A stretch of DNA of 64,000 bases, from the NCBI GenBank assembly GCA_963974355.1, contig CAXBDS010000003.1:8299-72298 (forward strand), written 5' to 3'. The notes beneath the pieces were generated by a model. It was not told the DNA's origin. It was given only the letters and a program-made list of their open reading frames with translations, and did not search any database. The position numbers and the translations under genes are program-made. Position 1 is the first letter of the stretch. Every line of letters starts with the position of its first letter. This document shows positions 58,954 to 64,000 of this stretch, piece by piece. The stretch is from an uncultured Opitutaceae bacterium (GTDB lineage: Bacteria; Verrucomicrobiota; Verrucomicrobiia; Opitutales; Opitutaceae).

Positions 58954-60401
58954 TCGATCGAAAACAGGTTATCCATCTTTGCCAGACGGAATACATTGCG
59001 CACGTTTTCCGTGGGCTGGCTGATAATGAGTTTGGCGCCGGGGCGCGCCGCCGTCAGGCGGTGGACATGCAACAGGAGCCCAAGTCCGCTGCTGTCCATA
59101 AAACGCACCGCAGACATATCGACGACCACGCGCTTCGCCGTGGGACGGGCCGCCCAAAGATCATCGATCCAACGCAACAGACCGGGAGTGCGCGTGGCAG
59201 TAAGTTCGCCTTGGATCGGGAGCATCAAGTCCTCCGCACTACTCGCCGCAGCTGAAGTCGGTCGCGTCAATCCTAGCGCCGCCCGAGCTCGCGCCGGCTC
59301 GTCGATGATCGGAAATAATCGCGCCAGCTTCATGGCGTCGAGCAAACCGGCCACGGCCGGCGACGGATTCACCAAGGCGAGACCGCCCCCCCCGGCGATG
59401 GCGCGCCGATAGGCCGCGAGCATAAAGCCCAGACCGCTGCTATCGAGAAAGCTCACTGCGGAGGTATCGAGCGCGATGGCGGTGCCCGCCGACAAATCAG
59501 CGGAGGGATCGACTATTTGGGCGCCTGCAATCGCCGCCGCATCGACCCGGCCGGACCAGCGCACGGAACGCACATCGCCGGACAGCATCGGGGCAGCCGG
59601 CGGCGGGACATTCGGGCTGGATACCGCGGCCTCGGGGCGCACGGCCAACGCCCGGCGTTGCGCGCGAAGTGCCCGCACAAAGAACAGCAAATCGACGAGG
59701 TAACGACTAAAGAGACGACGCGGCTCCTGCATGAGCCGAAACACCCATTCCGCACCGACCACCTGCATCCACCGTGGCGCACGCTTAAATTTACCCGCGA
59801 GAAAATCCACCGTCGCGCCGACACCCACGCTCATCGGCACGCCGAGGCGACGATGATGCATAAAGATCCACTTCTCTTGTTTCGGACAGCCGAAGGCGAC
59901 GAAAAGCACGTCAGGACGAGCGCTTGTGATGCGTTGCTTGATCGTGTTGAAGTCCATTTCGAGCAACTTTGCAAACGAGGGCGAGTAGCCATCGATTTGC
60001 AACCCGGGGTGGCTCGCCCGCAAATTGGCCAAAGCCAGCGGAAGCGTTTCTTCTCCGCCCCCGAGCAGGAAAATCTTCCACCCCTTCTCCGCCGCCTCAG
60101 CCGCGAGGCGAGGCACCAGATCCGAGCCGGCCACGCGCTCCCGCAGTGGTGCGCCCAACGCCTTCGACGCCCACACCAACGGTGTGCCGTCGCACAACAC
60201 CAAATCGGCCTCGACGAGGATGCGTTGCAGTTCGACATCCTCACTCGCCTGAAACGTGAAGTCCAGATTGGCGGTCGCCCAATAACACGGCTGACGCCGC
60301 TCGATCAATTGGCCGAGGCGAGTGACGGTCTCATCCATCGTGACGTCGTGAAACGGAACTCCGAGGATCACGACCGAGCGGGGTGGGGCGAGGTTAGCCA
60401 T
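58950..60401 (-). CDS. WecG/TagA (GT26) glycosyltransferase fused to two STAS domains
   Basis: TANLD, LCDGTP, RVAGSDL, FGCPKQEKW and EWVFRLMQEPRRL; STAS motifs FLDSSGLG and FMDSSGLG. Confidence 0.9.
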   Translation of the reverse strand: MANLAPPRSVVILGVPFHDVTMDETVTRLGQLIERRQPCYWATANLDFTFQASEDVELQRILVEADLVLCDGTPLVWASKALGAPLRERVAGSDLVPRLAAEAAEKGWKIFLLGGGEETLPLALANLRASHPGLQIDGYSPSFAKLLEMDFNTIKQRITSARPDVLFVAFGCPKQEKWIFMHHRRLGVPMSVGVGATVDFLAGKFKRAPRWMQVVGAEWVFRLMQEPRRLFSRYLVDLLFFVRALRAQRRALAVRPEAAVSSPNVPPPAAPMLSGDVRSVRWSGRVDAAAIAGAQIVDPSADLSAGTAIALDTSAVSFLDSSGLGFMLAAYRRAIAGGGGLALVNPSPAVAGLLDAMKLARLFPIIDEPARARAALGLTRPTSAAASSAEDLMLPIQGELTATRTPGLLRWIDDLWAARPTAKRVVVDMSAVRFMDSSGLGLLLHVHRLTAARPGAKLIISQPTENVRNVFRLAKMDNLFSIE

Positions 60402-61605
60402 GGCGGGAAATCAGCGTTTCGTAGTGGGCGTGAAGGTGTCGGGTGAGGCTGGGCCAGCCGTAGCGTTCGAGGATACGCCGGCGGCCAGCGACGCGCAGAC
60501 GGGCCCGCAGAGCCGCATCGCTCGCCAAGCGCTGGATGGCGGTCGCAAATTCGTCCGGCGTATCCGCAAGAAGGATATGCTCGTCATGGGTCAGCTCAAG
60601 CCCCTGCGCGCCAAGCGTGGTGGAGATCACCGGGCAACCAATGGCCAGCGATTCGACGATCTTCAGCCGGGTGCCACCGCCGATCCGGAGCGGCACGATC
60701 TGAAAGTGGGCAGTCTGGTAGTGGGGCCGCACATCGGGCACTTCCCCCGTGACCATCACCCCCGTCAGTTCGCCATGGGCCTGAACGGCCGCCAAGGGAT
60801 TGCGCCCAACAATCTGCACCCGGCGTTGCGGCACCAGCGCCCGCACCAGCGGATCAATCGCGGCAAAATACCAACCCAAGGCATCCACGTTGGGCGAATA
60901 ATCCATCGCGCCGCAAAAAAGCCACGTCGGCGCCTCGGGCTCGCGGGGAGGGAAGCTGTCTTGGTCAAAAAAAGTCGTATCGCACCCGTTGGGTAAAACG
61001 AAGACCGGCGCATTTGAGCTGACGTGTTCCCGCATGAAATCCGCATCATCGGGGCCGCAGACCACAATACTCGCGAGATCGCGCGCGGCCGCCCGTTCGA
61101 CCCGGCGTAGTTTCCAAAGATTTTCCCGGCGCAGCCAACGCTCCTTGGTGGAGAGCTGGAGGGTTCTCAGCTCCTCGGTTTGGAACAATAGATCGACTCG
61201 GCTGCGATCCATTGATCGCGGCACAGGATGGGGCAGGCGGCGCACATAGGGCCAAAGGACGAGATCACAGAAATGGATGAGCCCGTAGTCATGCCCGTCT
61301 GCAAATCGGGCCAGGGCATCGTGAGCCGACGGATCCTCCCAATGCCGGATGGTCGTCGGACAGAGGTTGAGCAGCCGGTCCGGAAACAGACGCGGCCAGG
61401 ACGGATGGCGAAACCGATGGAAGTGAACGCGCCGACAAAAGCCCTCAAAAACCGGAAGCTGCGCTTCGGCCTCCCCATTTTCGTCGAGGCAAAAGAGATC
61501 GATCTCGTAATAGCGGGCGAGTTCACGAAGCAGATGAAACGTGCGCTGGAAAGTCCCTCGGGTTACGGGATAAGGAGCGTAAGGATAAACAACGAGGACG
61601 CGCAT
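60394..61605 (-). CDS. GT4 glycosyltransferase
   Basis: FCGAMDYSPNVDA, IVGRNP, and PLRIGGGTRLKIVESLAIG motifs. Confidence 0.92.
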   Translation of the reverse strand: MRVLVVYPYAPYPVTRGTFQRTFHLLRELARYYEIDLFCLDENGEAEAQLPVFEGFCRRVHFHRFRHPSWPRLFPDRLLNLCPTTIRHWEDPSAHDALARFADGHDYGLIHFCDLVLWPYVRRLPHPVPRSMDRSRVDLLFQTEELRTLQLSTKERWLRRENLWKLRRVERAAARDLASIVVCGPDDADFMREHVSSNAPVFVLPNGCDTTFFDQDSFPPREPEAPTWLFCGAMDYSPNVDALGWYFAAIDPLVRALVPQRRVQIVGRNPLAAVQAHGELTGVMVTGEVPDVRPHYQTAHFQIVPLRIGGGTRLKIVESLAIGCPVISTTLGAQGLELTHDEHILLADTPDEFATAIQRLASDAALRARLRVAGRRRILERYGWPSLTRHLHAHYETLISRHG

Positions 61606-61701
61606 AGAGTCGTGCAGAATGACTATCTAACCGCCAAAATCTCGGTCTGCCGGATGTTTCGCGAGGGCGAGCAAACCACGACTCGCAACGTGTTACTTAA
61701 A

Positions 61702-61727
61702 CGCATTTGCGTAAACACGTAAATGCG
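61702..61727. repeat. Inverted repeat: terminator of the activator gene or a DNA-binding site
   Basis: CGCATTTGCGT-AAAC-ACGTAAATGCG (11-bp arms, one mismatch); followed on the minus strand by TTTAAGT. Confidence 0.55.
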
Positions 61728-61742
61728 GGTCGGGCCGCGAAA

Positions 61743-63149
61743 TTACGAGCCGCTGATCCGATCACGCGCGGCTTTGGTCCGCCAGCGATAGAGCGTCGTC
61801 GGGTGAATGCCGAGTTGCGAGGCGACCCATGAGTGGTCTCCGTCGCTTTGGGCCAACAGCGTTTCGGCCAACTCACGCCGTTGGCGCTTGTTGAGGGTCG
61901 TGGTCGCCCCGGGAACGGAGACCGGGGCAGCGTTAGCGACCGCCGGCGCAATCGCGGCCGCGGGCGGTGACCAAGCGCCGTCGCGCAGGACGGGGCCGTG
62001 CGCCAACAGGACCAAACGCTCGATCGTGCTGCGCAACTCGCGCACGTTCCCCGGCCACGTCCAAGCCTGCAGGCGCTGCAGCAACGCGGGTTCCATACTT
62101 GTAACCAAACGCCCGTGGTGCTCCGCCGCGACCTGCAGGAAATGACGACAGAGCAGGGGAATATCGTCCGCGCGCGCACGCAGAGGCGCGAGTTCGAGGG
62201 TAATATCCGCCAGCCGGTAGTAGAGGTCTTCGCGAAAGGTTCCGGCCGCGACTCGGGCGAGAAGATTGGCGTTGGTCGCCGCGATGATGCGGACGCTTAC
62301 GGCGTAGTCGGTGCGCGCCCCGAGACGACGCGCCCGGCGAGTTTCAAGAAAGCGCAACAGCTTGGGTTGTAGCGTGCGGTCGAGATCGCCAATTTCATCC
62401 AAAAACAGGGTGCCTCCGTCGGCTTGCTCAACTAGTCCGGGCCGATCAGTCACGGCGCCGGTGTAGGCGCCCTTGGTTGCCCCAAACAGCTCCGCCTCAA
62501 GCAGCTCCCGCGGCAGGGCGGTGCAATTGATCGCGACGAAAGGACGTTGTGGTTCGGTTCCCGTGGCGTGCAAAGCCTCGGCCACCCGCTCCTTGCCCGT
62601 GCCTGACTCGCCCAGCACCAGCACCGTGGCAGAGGTCGGCCCCACGCGAGCAATCATCTCGCGCAAGCGCTGCCATGATTGAGACTGACCAATGAGGCCA
62701 TCGGGGGGCGGAGCGACCGGCTTGGGAAACAGCTGTGCCCACGCATGCTCGGCCGCCGCCGCCGCTTCCAATGCGGAACGCCAACGCCCGGCCGATTCAT
62801 CCACCGCGACCGCATCATAAGCGCCCTCGCGCAAAGCCGTCGTCGTCTCCGCCGTGCGTGCCCCAGCCGGAAGGAGCACGACAAAAAACCGTCCTGATTC
62901 CGCCAGACGCACGCGGACAAAACGCCACGCCTCGGTCGTCAGCTCGGCGGCCCCGATCAGAAGAACAGGGGTCGCCGTCGAGTCTTGGCCAGCTGCGGTC
63001 GCGGGCCATTCCATCCAGGCTTCGAGCGAAGAAAAGAGCGGCGACGGATCACCCCGGCTGGCGGCAGCTTGAAGGAGGTTACGGCGGATCGCCTCAGTCG
63101 CTCCACCGACAAATATGCATTGAATATGCATGGTAAATGCAATGCACAT
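61743..63149 (-). CDS. Sigma54-dependent activator (bEBP) with atypical N-terminal domain
   Basis: GESGTGKE, INC, ELFGATKGAYTGA, TLFLDEIG, QPKLLRFL, FREDLYYRL, WPGNVREL and a Fis-type HTH; start is 63149 or 63131. Confidence 0.93.
   Translation of the reverse strand: MCIAFTMHIQCIFVGGATEAIRRNLLQAAASRGDPSPLFSSLEAWMEWPATAAGQDSTATPVLLIGAAELTTEAWRFVRVRLAESGRFFVVLLPAGARTAETTTALREGAYDAVAVDESAGRWRSALEAAAAAEHAWAQLFPKPVAPPPDGLIGQSQSWQRLREMIARVGPTSATVLVLGESGTGKERVAEALHATGTEPQRPFVAINCTALPRELLEAELFGATKGAYTGAVTDRPGLVEQADGGTLFLDEIGDLDRTLQPKLLRFLETRRARRLGARTDYAVSVRIIAATNANLLARVAAGTFREDLYYRLADITLELAPLRARADDIPLLCRHFLQVAAEHHGRLVTSMEPALLQRLQAWTWPGNVRELRSTIERLVLLAHGPVLRDGAWSPPAAAIAPAVANAAPVSVPGATTTLNKRQRRELAETLLAQSDGDHSWVASQLGIHPTTLYRWRTKAARDRISGS
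63112..63146. repeat. Helically phased ATGCA repeats
   Basis: AATATGCAT (63112), AATATGCAT (63123) and TAAATGCAA (63134) at an 11-nt period, plus ATGCA at 63142. Confidence 0.55.
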
Positions 63150-63268
63150 TGGGTTTCAGAAAGCGAGATGTGAATTCAAAATTGACGTCGATATATTTTA
63201 AACTCCTTGCTATAAGCAGGTAAATGAAGCTACCGCTTCACTGGCATGAATCGTGTTAACAAAGAGCC

Positions 63269-64000
63269 ATGCATCACTTGTTCCTCCCGACTTTCCTCGT
63301 CCGCTCCGCCCCTCTGGCGATCACGACCCTGGCCCTGCTCAGCCTCAGTTCGATCGCCTCAGCCCAAATCGACAGCCCGGTTCAATCTTATGCACGCACC
63401 TACGGCCTGAGCATCGTCGACGATGTCCAACTGGCCGGCTCCGACGCCGCCGCGGCCAGTTTCCAGACCGGGGTGCTCCCGTCGATCACCGAGCTGATCA
63501 ATACCAACCTGAGCGAGACCTCTCAATTTTCTCAGTCCAGTGCCTACATGCTGGACCCGACTAAGCTCCAGATGTCGGTCGAATCCAACGCGCGCGTCTA
63601 CTTCGTGGGGGAGGGCGCCGGTTACCACAACACCCTCGGTTTTAACACCCTTGCACCAGGCGAAAGCACGCCCACCGCGTCGATCACCAATTCGGCGCAA
63701 CTGATCTTCCCTGATGTTTCGAGTTCGGTGTCGACCTACGATCCGGGATCTACAGCAAATCGGAGCTATTGGGCGCCCTTGCTGCCGGGCGACTTCACTA
63801 ATCTCGGAAGCTTCGCGGCGGGAACGACCTTGGATTTCTTCTTGGTCGCCAACGGCGCCAATACTTGGGGTGACGTCTGGCCCGCGCCCGCCACACGCAA
63901 TTCTGACGGCATCAACCATGTGGTCGCCTTCGCGGTGCCGGACAGCCCGTTTCTGATTCTCGCCTTTGAGGATCTCGCCGGGGGCGGCGACCGCGACTAC
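63269..64000 (+). CDS. Secreted DUF4114-like protein, 3'-truncated by the window edge (absent from the ORF track)
   Basis: Manual translation is open to the end: signal peptide MHHLFLPTFLVRSAPLAITTLALLSLSSIASA, RVYFVGEGAGYHNTLG, and terminal AFEDLAGGGDRDY. Confidence 0.8.
   Translation, partial: MHHLFLPTFLVRSAPLAITTLALLSLSSIASAQIDSPVQSYARTYGLSIVDDVQLAGSDAAAASFQTGVLPSITELINTNLSETSQFSQSSAYMLDPTKLQMSVESNARVYFVGEGAGYHNTLGFNTLAPGESTPTASITNSAQLIFPDVSSSVSTYDPGSTANRSYWAPLLPGDFTNLGSFAAGTTLDFFLVANGANTWGDVWPAPATRNSDGINHVVAFAVPDSPFLILAFEDLAGGGDRDY

Noticed and set aside
61622-61637. Minus-strand TTGGCGG...GT as a sigma54 promoter for the GT4-WecG operon
   Set aside because: The -12 position is GT rather than GC and lacks the preceding TT.
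28003-64000. EPS locus as a recently acquired mobile island
   Set aside because: No transposase, integrase or flanking direct repeats were seen, and composition looks similar by eye; GC and codon bias were not computed.
1-64000. CRISPR array, rRNA, riboswitch or toxin-antitoxin/defence module
   Set aside because: No regularly spaced repeats, rRNA-like tracts or recognisable motifs were found by eye; an Rfam or covariance search was not possible.

Overview
A GC-rich bacterial chromosomal window. Gene order and protein style suggest Verrucomicrobiota (Opitutaceae-like), which is an inference. Positions 1-27,000 are core housekeeping genes: der, fmt, parB, secG, purH, ruvA, dapB, dapA, fabD, lepA, lepB, tRNA-Lys and an ECF sigma/anti-sigma pair. 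Positions ~28,000-64,000 form a ~36 kb Wzx/Wzy-type exopolysaccharide locus (GT2/GT4s, flippase, polymerase/ligase, priming phosphoglycosyl transferase, two OPX proteins, a PCP) with signalling genes interleaved and often translationally coupled. The signalling genes are two different predicted NO sensors (H-NOX and FIST/NosP-like), each coupled to a hybrid kinase, a third hybrid kinase, a lone Hpt, a lone REC, an RsbW-kinase/GAF/PP2C fusion, a free STAS protein and a sigma54 activator. The most unusual element is a tandem pair of WecG/TagA glycosyltransferases, each fused to two STAS domains that keep the phospho-acceptor Ser; one copy looks catalytically dead. Together these suggest a partner-switching circuit acting directly on a biosynthetic enzyme. 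The locus also has a nucleotide cassette (Tyr-type cytidine kinase, cytoplasmic NPP-family enzyme, Pol-beta-like nucleotidyltransferase, CBS-pyrophosphatase), several apparent pseudo-enzymes and one frameshifted GT4. All functional assignments come from motif recognition by eye; no searches were run. No CRISPR array, rRNA, integrase or transposase was seen.
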